Positions 1 to 9,418 of a stretch of DNA of 64,000 nucleotides are shown in pieces. The DNA is from an uncultured bacterium (GTDB taxonomy: Bacteria > Oederibacteriota > PGYV01 > CAWJRG01). Where the stretch lies: contig CAWJRG010000009.1 of assembly GCA_963845185.1 (NCBI GenBank), positions 320,001 to 384,000 of the forward strand, read 5' to 3'. How positions within the stretch are numbered: the first letter of the stretch is position 1; the number at the start of each line of letters is the position of its first letter. Made by a program: the position numbers and the translations under genes. The notes under the pieces were generated by a model, which was not told the DNA's origin, searched no databases, and was given only the letters and a program-made list of their open reading frames with translations.

Positions 1-2
1 AA

Positions 3-1019
3 AGGATACTTGGGTTTATCAAAGAGGAAGCAGACAAGCCGGCAAACCATACTTATCCCATAGGCAGGGGGCATAAAGTTTTTAAGGAAGCAATAATAAG
101 ATGGATGTTGAAAAGATTTGACGTGGATGTAAACGACAAGGAGGTCCTTGCTTTGATAGGCGCCAAGGACGGCATCACGCATCTGCCGCTTGCTTTTGTC
201 AATCCCGGGGATGTTGTCCTGATACCTGACCCTGGTTATCCGGGCTATATTGGCAGCGCCATAATTGCCGGAGCCACGCCTTACATAATGCCGCTGACAA
301 AAGAAAATAATTTTCTGCCTGATATGAAAAAAATTCCCGAGGATGTTTATAAAAAAACAAAAATAATGTTTTTGAACTACCCAAATAACCCTACTTCCGC
401 AATGGCAGGATTTGAGTTTTACGAGGAGGCGCTTTTTTACGCGCAAAAATATGATTTTATAATAGCGCAGGACGCGCCTTATTCCGAAATATATTTCAAG
501 GATCCGCCCATATCGATACTGGAAATAAAGGACGCGAAAAAGAACGTGATTGAGTATTTCTCGATGTCAAAAACCTATAATATGACAGGATGGAGAGTCG
601 GGTTCGCCGTAGGCGGCGAGGATATAATAAACGGGCTTGGCATTGTGAAAGAAAACATGGATTCAGGCACGGTTACCGCGCTTCAGATAGCATCTGCCCG
701 CGCGCTTGATAACTGCGACAAAGAGGCCAGCCAGATAAGGGCGCTTTACAAGAAACGCGCTGAAGTGTTTTATAAAGGCTTAAAATCAGCGGGTTTTGGC
801 GTGCTGGAGCCGGTCGCGACGCTTTATTTGTGGATGGCGATACCGGATAAATATACATCCATGGAATTTGCCTCCAAACTGCTGGATGAAGCAGGAGTTG
901 TGGTTACTCCGGGCATAGGCTTCGGCCAGTCAGGCGATAAATACATAAGGATAGCGCTGACAATCGAGGAAGAAGTGATTGAAAAAGCGCTGGACCGGCT
1001 GGGTAGATTCAAGGCGTAA
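3..1019 (+). CDS. dapL: LL-diaminopimelate aminotransferase (class I/II PLP aminotransferase), 5'-truncated by window edge
   Basis: Frame open from position 3; motifs LIGAKDGITHLPLAF, FLNYPNNPT, FSMSKTYNMTGWRVGF (PLP lysine), PGIGFG. Confidence 0.8.
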   Translation, partial: RILGFIKEEADKPANHTYPIGRGHKVFKEAIIRWMLKRFDVDVNDKEVLALIGAKDGITHLPLAFVNPGDVVLIPDPGYPGYIGSAIIAGATPYIMPLTKENNFLPDMKKIPEDVYKKTKIMFLNYPNNPTSAMAGFEFYEEALFYAQKYDFIIAQDAPYSEIYFKDPPISILEIKDAKKNVIEYFSMSKTYNMTGWRVGFAVGGEDIINGLGIVKENMDSGTVTALQIASARALDNCDKEASQIRALYKKRAEVFYKGLKSAGFGVLEPVATLYLWMAIPDKYTSMEFASKLLDEAGVVVTPGIGFGQSGDKYIRIALTIEEEVIEKALDRLGRFKA

Positions 1020-1119
1020 TCCCTTCTCCCTTTTTTACGGTAATACAGCGCAAACCAGCCAGGCAGGGCGAAAAATCCCCAAAAGCCGGCGGAAAAGAAA
1101 AATTTATGCGGGGTACATC

Positions 1120-2970
1120 ATGAAGATATCAATTTCCAAAATCCGCTTTAATCCCGAAAACCCAAGGCATTTTATCAACCCTGACGGTATAGACAGCCTG
1201 GCCGCGTCCATGGAGGCAGATGGCCAGCTTGAATCCGTGAAAGTCCGCGAACTAACTCCCCAGGACACACCATCGCAGGGGTGCACCGCTATAGAGCCTG
1301 CCGAATACGAGCTTTTTGAGGGCGAGAGGCGCCTGCGGGCAGCAATGAAACTGGGCTGGACCGAGATAGAGGCTGAAGTATTTACGGGAAACAGGGAGGA
1401 CTTTTCCCTGAAGGGGTTCATGAACAATAATGGGGAGCCATACCACTGGCTGGACAAGTACAGGTATATAGCCGATTACATGGCAAAGCACCCCGACCTG
1501 ACACAAAGACAAATTGCAGACAAGCTTAACGTCGGCCTGACCATAGTTAATAACGCAAACAAAGTCATACCCCTGCTAAATGAGGGCGCAATGGCTGAAA
1601 TTGTTCGCATTGCGAACAAAACCACTGACTGGGAGGTGCCTGAAAGGTCAGTAGTTACGCTTTCCGGGCTGGCAAATGGCCAAAATAACGTTCTTGACCT
1701 TATGGAAAGGGCTCTGAAGGTGCTTATAGCCGGGAAAATGACTGAAAAACAGGTCAAAAAGCTGGCGGAGTGGGTAAAAGCAGGCAATTCACCGGAATCC
1801 TTCGGGGAGAGCGGCAAAACACACCCCTCGCCCCCTGAGGCGGGAGAGAGTCAGAGTGAGGGGGCTACTTCTGTAGCTGCAAATTCCGCTGAAGGCGACC
1901 AGGAATCCGGCCTAAACGGCGGGCGGCATGCCAAATTGTTGCAGGAGCTGAAGGATACAGGGTATTTTGAGATAAAAACGCCAGCCAAGAGCGGCCTTAA
2001 TATTATAATACAGGACGAGGACAGCGGCGCATTGGCAGCGCTTGGCGCGGCAGGGGCGATTTGGGCGCTGGGTCATCCGGATGGCGGCAAGCTGGACGAT
2101 AACCCGTATCTGGCAGACTTGCCCGGGCTCATAAAAGAAGTTCAAGGTTCAAGGCTCAATGGTCAACCAGCCTACGCCAACGCTATGGCGCACAAGCAGG
2201 CGGCTAAGGCAGCTCAAGAGGAAAGTAAAGTTCAAGGTTCAAAAGCTCAAGGGGTTCAAAGTGAGGGTATGGTAAGTAAATTCCAAATCCCAAACTCTGA
2301 AAATCCCAAATTGAATTCCCTTGACCTTGTTAAAAATATTTTGACAGCTGCCTCGGGCCACACGCCAAAGACTTTTTCCGGCAAAATATTGAAAACAGCG
2401 GCCATGTGGATGGCAAATAAGTTCAATAGCTCAACGGTCAAGGTTCAAGGTAATGAATTCCAAATTCCAAACTCTGAAAATCCCAAATTGAATAGTGCCA
2501 AATCCCAAATTCCGAATGGCTCTGCCGTAGTACGCAACACGATATTTGTAGTCATTGCTATTGCGATAGGTGCCTTTGCCCTGCTGCTTGGCCTGAAGAA
2601 GATAGCGCCTGGCGGACACTTCAGGGCTGCGTATTCTGCGGCGGCGCAAAAGCCAGGTGTTGTAACGCCTGTCACGTATAATAAGAGCAGGGAGTGGAAA
2701 CAGGCAATGCAGTGTTTTGCGGCAGCGGATTACGCAAGCGCGTTTATGTGGCTTGGAAAAACCGAGGAGAAATACGGCGACCAGGCGGATATTTACAGAT
2801 TAATGGGAGACTGCGAAAATAAACTGGGTAATTATCCGGATGCGGTAGAGCTCTATGAAAAGTATTCGAAAATGAACCCGGACGACGAGGAAATAAAAGC
2901 GAAGATTGAAGAGTTAAAGTCGACTGTGTCGCCGCCCGCCGGAATGGAAGAACCCACGCAGGAGCAGTAG
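1120..2970 (+). CDS. ParB/Spo0J N-terminal domain protein with HTH, long linker, TM helix and C-terminal TPR
   Basis: ISKIRFNPENPR, LAASMEADGQL, EGERRLRA (ParB Arg patch); LTQRQIADKLNV HTH; hydrophobic IFVVIAIAIGAFALLLGL; TPR-like YRLMGDCENKLGNYPDAVELYEKY. ATG at 1120 preferred to 979. Confidence 0.75.
   Translation: MKISISKIRFNPENPRHFINPDGIDSLAASMEADGQLESVKVRELTPQDTPSQGCTAIEPAEYELFEGERRLRAAMKLGWTEIEAEVFTGNREDFSLKGFMNNNGEPYHWLDKYRYIADYMAKHPDLTQRQIADKLNVGLTIVNNANKVIPLLNEGAMAEIVRIANKTTDWEVPERSVVTLSGLANGQNNVLDLMERALKVLIAGKMTEKQVKKLAEWVKAGNSPESFGESGKTHPSPPEAGESQSEGATSVAANSAEGDQESGLNGGRHAKLLQELKDTGYFEIKTPAKSGLNIIIQDEDSGALAALGAAGAIWALGHPDGGKLDDNPYLADLPGLIKEVQGSRLNGQPAYANAMAHKQAAKAAQEESKVQGSKAQGVQSEGMVSKFQIPNSENPKLNSLDLVKNILTAASGHTPKTFSGKILKTAAMWMANKFNSSTVKVQGNEFQIPNSENPKLNSAKSQIPNGSAVVRNTIFVVIAIAIGAFALLLGLKKIAPGGHFRAAYSAAAQKPGVVTPVTYNKSREWKQAMQCFAAADYASAFMWLGKTEEKYGDQADIYRLMGDCENKLGNYPDAVELYEKYSKMNPDDEEIKAKIEELKSTVSPPAGMEEPTQEQ
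1825..1862. repeat. REP-like GC-rich hairpin copy, in frame inside the ParB gene
   Basis: ccctcgccccctgaggcgggagagagtcagagtgaggg closely matches the reverse complement of the split element at 9532-9547 + 10897-10916. Confidence 0.65.
2279..2493 (+). repeat. 38-bp direct repeat (2279-2316, 2456-2493)
   Basis: aattccaaat(c/t)ccaaactctgaaaatcccaaattgaat, 1 mismatch; encodes FQIPNSENPKLN twice. Confidence 0.9.
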
Positions 2971-3174
2971 AAGTGATGCTAAAAAAGCTTTGGACCATTT
3001 TAAGAAGGGTTCGTGAATACCGAATGCCGAATTCCAAATGGCCTTGGCGGAAGGCGGTAAAATGGATATTAAAGAAATTAAAAAAGGGTTCATGATTGGA
3101 ATGCGTTGAGAAAGCAGTGGAAAAGTGGTAAGCTGGACAAAACACCTGATAAAATAACAGAAAGGATCAGGGAA

Positions 3175-4293
3175 ATGAGATTAAATAATCTTATAGAAGT
3201 AATAGAAAAAACACAGCAGGCTCTGAAAAAGAACGCGCTGACGGCGGTTAATGTTTCGCTGACAATACGAAACTGGCTGATAGGATATTATGTAGTAAGG
3301 TATGAACAAAAAGGGGAAGACAGGGCAAAATACGGTGAAAAACTGTTTGTTGAGATTTCTGGAAAACTTAAAAATAAAGGAATAAAGGGAATGTCGGAAA
3401 CGGCGTTAAGGCTATTCAGGCAATTTTATAAAACTTATCCTGAGCTGCTTAATCCGCCAGCCGGGCTTTTGCAGGCGTCCGGAGGAATAATTCATCAGTC
3501 AGTGACTGATGAATTGGTAAAAGAAGCACAAAAAGGCCTGCGTAGTGAAATGATAAAACAGATGTCTTTTACGCATATCGTTGAGCTTCTTAAAGTTGAT
3601 ACGGAATATAAACGCACGTTTTATGAAACTGAAGCAATCAGAGGCAACTGGTCTGTAAGGCAGTTAAAAAGGCAGATGGGTTCTCTACTGTATGAAAGAA
3701 CAGCGCTTTCAAAACGCAAGGCCCATCTTGTAAAAAAGACGGAATCCGTGCCGGACAAATTTAAAATCGAAGATACAATCAAAGACCCATATGTGCTTGA
3801 ATTCGCGGGCCTGCAGGAAAAGCCCGAGTACTCCGAAAACGACCTTGAAAGGGCCCTTATTACACATATTCAGGAATTTCTGCTGGAGCTTGGGACAGGT
3901 TTCTGTTTTGAAGGCAGGCAATACAGGATAACTACAGGCGGGGAACATGACAGGATAGACCTCGTTTTTTATCACAGGATTCTTCGCTGCCATGTCCTGA
4001 TAGACCTGAAAATAAGGGAGTTTTCACATGCCGATGCAGGGCAGATGAATTTTTATCTTAACTATTTCAGGGACAAGGTGATGAAACCGGGAGACAACCC
4101 GCCTGTGGGGTTGATACTATGTACTTATAAAGACAAAGCAAAGGTAAAATACTCCACAATAGGGCTCGACAACAGGTTGTTTGTTTCAAAATACAAAGTA
4201 TATCTGCCTTCGGAGCGCGAATTACTTCAGGAACTTGAAAGGGAAAAAGAGGATTTTATGCTTAAAGAAGAAGCGGCAAAATATGGGGAATGA
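3175..4293 (+). CDS. DUF1016/YhcG-family PD-(D/E)xK nuclease domain protein
   Basis: RNWLIGYY, DRAKYGEKL, WSVRQLKRQ, KDPYVLEF, FLLELGTGFCFEGRQ, IDLVFYHRILRCHVLIDLK, GQMNFYL, NPPVGLILC. Confidence 0.92.
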   Translation: MRLNNLIEVIEKTQQALKKNALTAVNVSLTIRNWLIGYYVVRYEQKGEDRAKYGEKLFVEISGKLKNKGIKGMSETALRLFRQFYKTYPELLNPPAGLLQASGGIIHQSVTDELVKEAQKGLRSEMIKQMSFTHIVELLKVDTEYKRTFYETEAIRGNWSVRQLKRQMGSLLYERTALSKRKAHLVKKTESVPDKFKIEDTIKDPYVLEFAGLQEKPEYSENDLERALITHIQEFLLELGTGFCFEGRQYRITTGGEHDRIDLVFYHRILRCHVLIDLKIREFSHADAGQMNFYLNYFRDKVMKPGDNPPVGLILCTYKDKAKVKYSTIGLDNRLFVSKYKVYLPSERELLQELEREKEDFMLKEEAAKYGE

Positions 4294-4665
4294 ATCCCGT
4301 AAAGACAAGCCTCTGGTTTCTGGTTTCAAGTCTCTATGTAAGGAAGCCTCTGAACAAGAAACCAGGAATCAGAAATTAGAAACTTTTTCAGAATGCCGAA
4401 TCCCGAATGGCCTTTAATGAACCGGCGCAAAAAAGCTGTGGAAGCATTTTAAGAAGGGTTCGTGATGGAATGCCAAATTCCAAATTCCGAATTCCAAATG
4501 GTTTTTAATGAAGAAAGGGGTAAAATGGATTTTAAAGAAATTTAAGAAGGATTTGTGATGGGATGCGTTGAGAAAGCAGTGGAAAAGTGATAAAGTAAGA
4601 TAACATGAAAGAGGATAAATTACCAGGGAACAGGCAAATCAAAACCTAAAGTATAAGGAGCAGGA

Positions 4666-5787
4666 ATGAAAATCATTGAGAAGGCAGGCACTTTTAACAG
4701 CCTTGTATCCGCAATAAAGGACGTAGATAAACAGTTGGCGGCGCAGGCAAACAAAGCGGTTAATGTCAGCCTGACAATGAGAAACTGGTTTATAGGGTTC
4801 TATATACACGAATACGAAATGAATGGCGCCGACCGTTCCAGATATGGCGCGCGCCTGCTGCCTGCATTATCTGAAAAGCTGTCTGCAGTAAATGTAAGCA
4901 ATACAAACCGCAGGCAACTGTACCGGTATTTACGGTTTTACAGATTGTATCCCTCAATTGTGCGGACACTGCCCCCACAATTGGCAAAAGCCCTGCTGCA
5001 AGGCGCTGTAACAGAAAAAGTGGGGACACTGTCCCCACTTTTGGCAAAGAGGCAGGGAGAAATTATAAGCAGACTTTCTTACAGCCATATCGAACTGCTT
5101 GTTGACATGGAAGACGATACTAAACGCGCTTTTTATGAAATGGAATGCATGCGCGGTGGATGGTCGGTCAGGGAACTAGAGCGGCAGATAAACAGCCTGT
5201 ATTACGAACGCTCCGGACTTTCGAAAAATAAGAAGAAATTAAGCGTAATGACTCATGCAAAGGCCGAAAAAAACGAAAACAAACTGGACATAAGGGACCC
5301 GTTTGTTTTTGAGTTTCTAGGCCTTAAAGCAAAGGAAGTCATGGCTGAATCGCAAATAGAGGACGCCCTGATTGACAAACTGCAGGAATTCCTGCTGGAA
5401 CTCGGGCACGGGTTTTGTTTTGAGGCAAGGCAGAAACGTATACTGATAGGCGAAGAAAACGGGTTCATAGACCTGGTGTTTTATCACAGGGTTTTAAAGT
5501 GCCATGTACTTGTGGAGCTGAAACTCGGAAAATTCAGCCATGAGAATATAGGGCAGCTCAATACTTACGTGAGCTGGTATAAAAAGAACATGATGGAAAA
5601 GGGCGATAATCCGCCTGTGGGAATACTCCTTTGCACCAAAAAAGACCATGCGCTTGTCGAATACGCGCTTGCCGGCATGGATAACAAACTTTTCGTGTCG
5701 AAATACAAGCTTGAGCTGCCGAAGAAAGAAGAAATGGAAAGGTTTATGGAGGAACAAATTGAAAGAACCGGGACGGGCAGGTTGTAA
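4666..5787 (+). CDS. DUF1016/YhcG-family PD-(D/E)xK nuclease domain protein (second copy)
   Basis: RNWFIGFY, WSVRELERQI, RDPFVFEFLGL, FLLELGHGFCFEARQKRI, IDLVFYHRVLKCHVLVELK, NPPVGILLC; RBS aggag. Confidence 0.92.
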   Translation: MKIIEKAGTFNSLVSAIKDVDKQLAAQANKAVNVSLTMRNWFIGFYIHEYEMNGADRSRYGARLLPALSEKLSAVNVSNTNRRQLYRYLRFYRLYPSIVRTLPPQLAKALLQGAVTEKVGTLSPLLAKRQGEIISRLSYSHIELLVDMEDDTKRAFYEMECMRGGWSVRELERQINSLYYERSGLSKNKKKLSVMTHAKAEKNENKLDIRDPFVFEFLGLKAKEVMAESQIEDALIDKLQEFLLELGHGFCFEARQKRILIGEENGFIDLVFYHRVLKCHVLVELKLGKFSHENIGQLNTYVSWYKKNMMEKGDNPPVGILLCTKKDHALVEYALAGMDNKLFVSKYKLELPKKEEMERFMEEQIERTGTGRL

Positions 5788-6019
5788 TCCAAAATCTTGA
5801 ATTATTTTTTCATTGAAAATTGGAAATTGATAATTGAGAATTGTTGAATGATGGATTTTAAAGAAATTCAAGAAGGATATTTGATTGAAATGCCAAAGGG
5901 AGGAATATCAGATATCCGATATTTGATACTGGATATTTTAATCCCGGATTCCGAACAGTCTTTACTTCACCAGAAACCAGGAATTAGAAACAAGAAACTT
6001 CAGATAGGAGGAGAATTTT

Positions 6020-6478
6020 ATGGCGCAGCGAACTAAGTACATAGGTTTGGGCAGGTCGGCTTTAAAAATAAAGTACAAAAAGGCTTTTTATGACTGGGTG
6101 AATTTTAACTATAAATACGACGACCCCTGTGGCGTATATCCGGTGAGACCCGAGGAGGAGTACGACACAGGCAATGTGTACCTCATCCGTGAATTGAACG
6201 ACTCACCAATGGTTTGGGAAAAATGGATAAGGAAGAATTTTCTCAAGATATTCAGGCATGAATTGTACATATGGGAAAACCACAGCAACAGATGGCCCAA
6301 GAACCTGACATGGAAGAAATTCGATAAATTTTTCGAGTATGGTTTCAATCTGGGAGTGTACGATCTTGACGAAGGCAGGCCGATTTACGGCCTCAGCCCT
6401 GGCAGCAGTGAATTGAAACTAATGGATAGGCAGGTCAAAACTTTGAAAAAATGGATGCGCATGCGGGGAAAAATATAG
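6020..6478 (+). CDS. Conserved hypothetical protein
   Basis: RBS aggag; pattern F.DWVN...VYLI...IF..EL..W...WPK..T...F..FF resembles a widespread small unknown-function family. Confidence 0.7.
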   Translation: MAQRTKYIGLGRSALKIKYKKAFYDWVNFNYKYDDPCGVYPVRPEEEYDTGNVYLIRELNDSPMVWEKWIRKNFLKIFRHELYIWENHSNRWPKNLTWKKFDKFFEYGFNLGVYDLDEGRPIYGLSPGSSELKLMDRQVKTLKKWMRMRGKI

Positions 6479-6603
6479 AAGCCGGCCGGCCGCCTAAAAA
6501 AAAGCGTGAAAAAGCTGTGGAAGCATTTTAAGAAGGATATTTGATTGGAATGCCGAAGGGTTTGTTGAAGGATGGATTTTGAGGTGAAAGGAGAAACTTT
6601 ATA

Positions 6604-7245
6604 ATGAAAAGAAAAAAAATGAAAAAAATTTTTATCGAATGTCCCTTTTGTAACGATAAAAATGAAGGAGAAATAATTGGAACTAATCTAGAGGATGTTA
6701 ATCCAGAAGATGATATTCCATATACGACGATATCATTAGTTAGATGCAAGAAATGTAGAAAGGCAATTCTGTTAAAAGATGAATTACAACCAATCAAAGA
6801 TACCGATGAGTGGGCCTGTAGTGGTGATGAACGCTTATGGCCAAGTCCGGAATTTATTTTTGACAATGCGATACCAGCAAATATAAGAAAATCCTTGGAA
6901 GAAGCATACAGATGTTATAAAGTTAGAGCTTATGATGCTTGTGCGGTAATGTGCGGAAAAGCACTTGAAGCTGTCGGGAAAGAATATAAGGTTGAGTCTG
7001 ATACTCTTGATAAAATTCTTAAAGAATTAAAAGAAAAAGAAATTATAGATAAAAGAATTGTTGAATGGGGGGATGCATTAAGAAGAATTAGAAATATAGG
7101 AGCTCATGCTTCGACTGCTGAAATAACGAATCAAGATGCGGTTGATTTGCTTGAATTTATAAAGGCCATATGCGAATATATATTTGTATTAACTAAAAGG
7201 TATGATACTTTCAAGGCCAGATTAGGAAAAAAGATAGGTGAATGA
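6604..7245 (+). CDS. DUF4145 (HEPN-like) protein with N-terminal zinc ribbon
   Basis: CPFC...CKKC; EAYRCY...ACAVMCGKALE; LRRIRNIGAH (RxxxxH-type motif). Confidence 0.85.
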   Translation: MKRKKMKKIFIECPFCNDKNEGEIIGTNLEDVNPEDDIPYTTISLVRCKKCRKAILLKDELQPIKDTDEWACSGDERLWPSPEFIFDNAIPANIRKSLEEAYRCYKVRAYDACAVMCGKALEAVGKEYKVESDTLDKILKELKEKEIIDKRIVEWGDALRRIRNIGAHASTAEITNQDAVDLLEFIKAICEYIFVLTKRYDTFKARLGKKIGE

Positions 7246-7431
7246 ATGGACGAGAAATTGGAAAACGTACTAAAAGGACAATCTGAAGCCTCAGAAAAGA
7301 GATTTTGAAGCTGAAACTAAGGAAGGTTATCTCGCTCTTTGAGCGTAACGATAAGCTAAAAATCAACACTGTTTACAGATGAAGAACGCAGAAATAGAGT
7401 TTAAAACTATATAGGGGAAGGTGATAAATTA

Positions 7432-7671
7432 ATGGACACCGTCGTAATAAATGCTAAGGAAGAATATGCATATGGTTATATAATTAATGCGTTAGCGGGA
7501 GGATTATATCCCGATAAATTTCATGTCATAAGAGAATATATTCAAAATGGTTATGATGCAATAATAAATTGGAAGAAGATTTCGAAAGATAAAACTTCAA
7601 GTATTAAGGTTGTATTAAATAAACCTTCTATTATCAGACCTTGCCCTTTGAACAGTTCAGAACTTAACTAA
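7432..7671 (+). pseudogene. Truncated GHKL/HSP90-like ATPase N-terminus
   Basis: LAGGLYPDKFHVIREYIQNGYDA is motif I of GHKL ATPases; ORF ends before the DNG motif. Confidence 0.7.
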
Positions 7672-7719
7672 TTGCTGATTTAAACCAATTATTTAAAGGA
7701 GTGTGAAGGTGTACAAATA

Positions 7720-8562
7720 ATGAGCTTACATGATAAAGTAAAAGAACAAGTGCTGTTAAGCTGTAATAGTCTAGGTTTTCAAGCCAAGGAAGAATACAGT
7801 GGTAAAGATTGGCAAGCAGATGTTTTTGTGCTTACTAATTACGCAAAATATGCCTTTGAAGTTCAAATAACTCAGCAGTCATTGAATGAAACGTTGGCAA
7901 GACAGGAAAAATATAAAAGGGATGGTGTCATCGGCTGTTGGCTGTTTGAAAAAGAGCCAGCTGGGCAAAAAGATGAAAGAGAAGACCTTCCTTTATTTAA
8001 GATAAAAAATGTAGAAGATAAAACTATTGTATCCATCAAAGATAGAAAAGAACTGCCACTAGAAGTTTTTATTAGTGATTATCTTCAGAATAAAATTAAA
8101 TTTTGTCAAACACTTAGGATGCCTATAGCAGAGATTAGATTTGTAAAAGAAAAATGTTGGAAATGTGGCTTCGAATATCATATCTACTATATTGGTAACT
8201 TTATTTCGCCGTGCAATGCAAAAATATTGCCTAATGAAGCAATGTGGGTTTCAGACAAATTAGCATTTAAGCCTGAGATTATTACTAAAGTGAATGACTA
8301 TGCAATATCCGTAAAGGAACAAAACTTGAATATTGGAACAATAAAAGAACGGTACAGTAAAACGACAGAGAGTTCATATGTATCTTTTGGGTGTCCGCAA
8401 TGCGATGCTATATTCGGGGACTGGTTTCTTCACGAAGCAATTATTGACACATTCTATGGAGGAATTGCTGATAAAATACTAATTGAGGGGAATTTTGGTA
8501 CGCAATTAGAACGAAGTATTCCACATTGGTGTCATCCCGGCGAACATATGTTTTGTGAGTGA
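7720..8562 (+). CDS. CoiA-like PD-(D/E)xK nuclease with C-terminal Zn-finger
   Basis: WQADVFV...AFEVQITQQS...RQEKY...CWLF; CWKC and CPQC pairs. Confidence 0.65.
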   Translation: MSLHDKVKEQVLLSCNSLGFQAKEEYSGKDWQADVFVLTNYAKYAFEVQITQQSLNETLARQEKYKRDGVIGCWLFEKEPAGQKDEREDLPLFKIKNVEDKTIVSIKDRKELPLEVFISDYLQNKIKFCQTLRMPIAEIRFVKEKCWKCGFEYHIYYIGNFISPCNAKILPNEAMWVSDKLAFKPEIITKVNDYAISVKEQNLNIGTIKERYSKTTESSYVSFGCPQCDAIFGDWFLHEAIIDTFYGGIADKILIEGNFGTQLERSIPHWCHPGEHMFCE

Positions 8563-8875
8563 CGGGAAAGCTGCTGCCGGATTTTACCCCACGCTAGCGA
8601 GAGAGTTGAAAGTTGAACAGGCGATGGAAAGATAGAAAAGGAAATCGGGAATAGAGAATAGGGAATAGGAGAAGGAAAATGTTGGGTGCAGATTGTAGAG
8701 TGTTGATTGAAAGATGAAAACGTAACTTTTAAGGCCTGACACCAACTTTCCCCGGCTTCCGGTGTCGAAAGTATTGTAATTATAAGTTGATATGCGGCAG
8801 AGGATGTTATATTATGTATTCCTGTAAGGAATATAGAGACAAAAAAAATGCCCTGAGAAGGGCGGGAGGCAACAA

Positions 8876-9352
8876 ATGGCACAGAAAAAGCAACAGGCAA
8901 AAAAGGAAAAGACAGGCAACAGTAATCCGGTAGTTATCTGCATTGCGGCAGTGCTTGCCGTAGCTTTAATCATCGCGGCAGTTAAATTGGGCGGCGCCAA
9001 TAAGAAATTGGCGGCAGCAACCGCCCAGTTAAAAACAGCCCAGGCAACTATTGCCCAGCAGCAAACCCTGCTGGCAGCGAAACCGCCGCTTCCGGTTTCC
9101 ACCGCGCTTTCCACACCCGGCCAGTATAAAAACACCGTGGTTTTTTTAACAAATACAAACGTGCCGCAGCCTCTTACAGTCACGGCAACCCTGTCAAACC
9201 CGGCTCCCAATAAACCAGGCACATACGTGTTAAACATAAATCCCGGCGCGAAAAAGTCTTTTGGCCACGCGCAGGGACTGATTTTTAACCACGGAGACAG
9301 GATCACTTTCCACAACGACAGTTATTCTGATGTCACGGTGGTAATACCGTAA
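8876..9352 (+). CDS. Hypothetical membrane-anchored protein
   Basis: RBS ggagg; N-terminal TM, short coiled coil, beta-rich C-terminal domain; followed by a terminator. Confidence 0.75.
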   Translation: MAQKKQQAKKEKTGNSNPVVICIAAVLAVALIIAAVKLGGANKKLAAATAQLKTAQATIAQQQTLLAAKPPLPVSTALSTPGQYKNTVVFLTNTNVPQPLTVTATLSNPAPNKPGTYVLNINPGAKKSFGHAQGLIFNHGDRITFHNDSYSDVTVVIP

Positions 9353-9371
9353 ATCAGGCGTAAAAAAGAGT

Positions 9372-9418
9372 CCTAAAAAACCACGGGAACAATACGAGCC
9401 CCGTGGTTTTTTTTTAGG
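9372..9418 (+). terminator. Rho-independent (likely bidirectional) terminator
   Basis: cctaaaaaaccacggg-loop-cccgtggtttttttttagg. Confidence 0.85.

Larger units (their letters stand above)
2982..6582 (+). repeat. Modular intergenic repeat family (blocks near 2982-3131, 4430-4592, 5851-5900, 6509-6582)
   Basis: Shared modules aaaaagctgtggaagcattttaagaagg..., atggattttaaagaaatt.aagaagg..., ...tgat(t)ggaatgc, atgcgttgagaaagcagtggaaaagtg. Confidence 0.85.

Noticed and set aside
979..1119. N-terminal extension of the ParB ORF from 979
   Set aside because: Overlaps dapL; ParB similarity starts at ATG 1120.
2976..3095. Cationic amphipathic mini-ORF MLKKLWTILRRVR...
   Set aside because: Reading frame is not kept in the other repeat copies and the RBS is weak; probably a by-product of the repeat.
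4181..6036. Short ORFs 4181-4417 and 5848-6036
   Set aside because: Largely composed of repeat DNA and overlap better-supported genes.
2982..6582. CRISPR array or integron attC reading of the intergenic repeats
   Set aside because: Repeats are degenerate and separated by whole genes; no cas gene or integrase in the window; no RYYYAAC...GTTRRRY structure seen.
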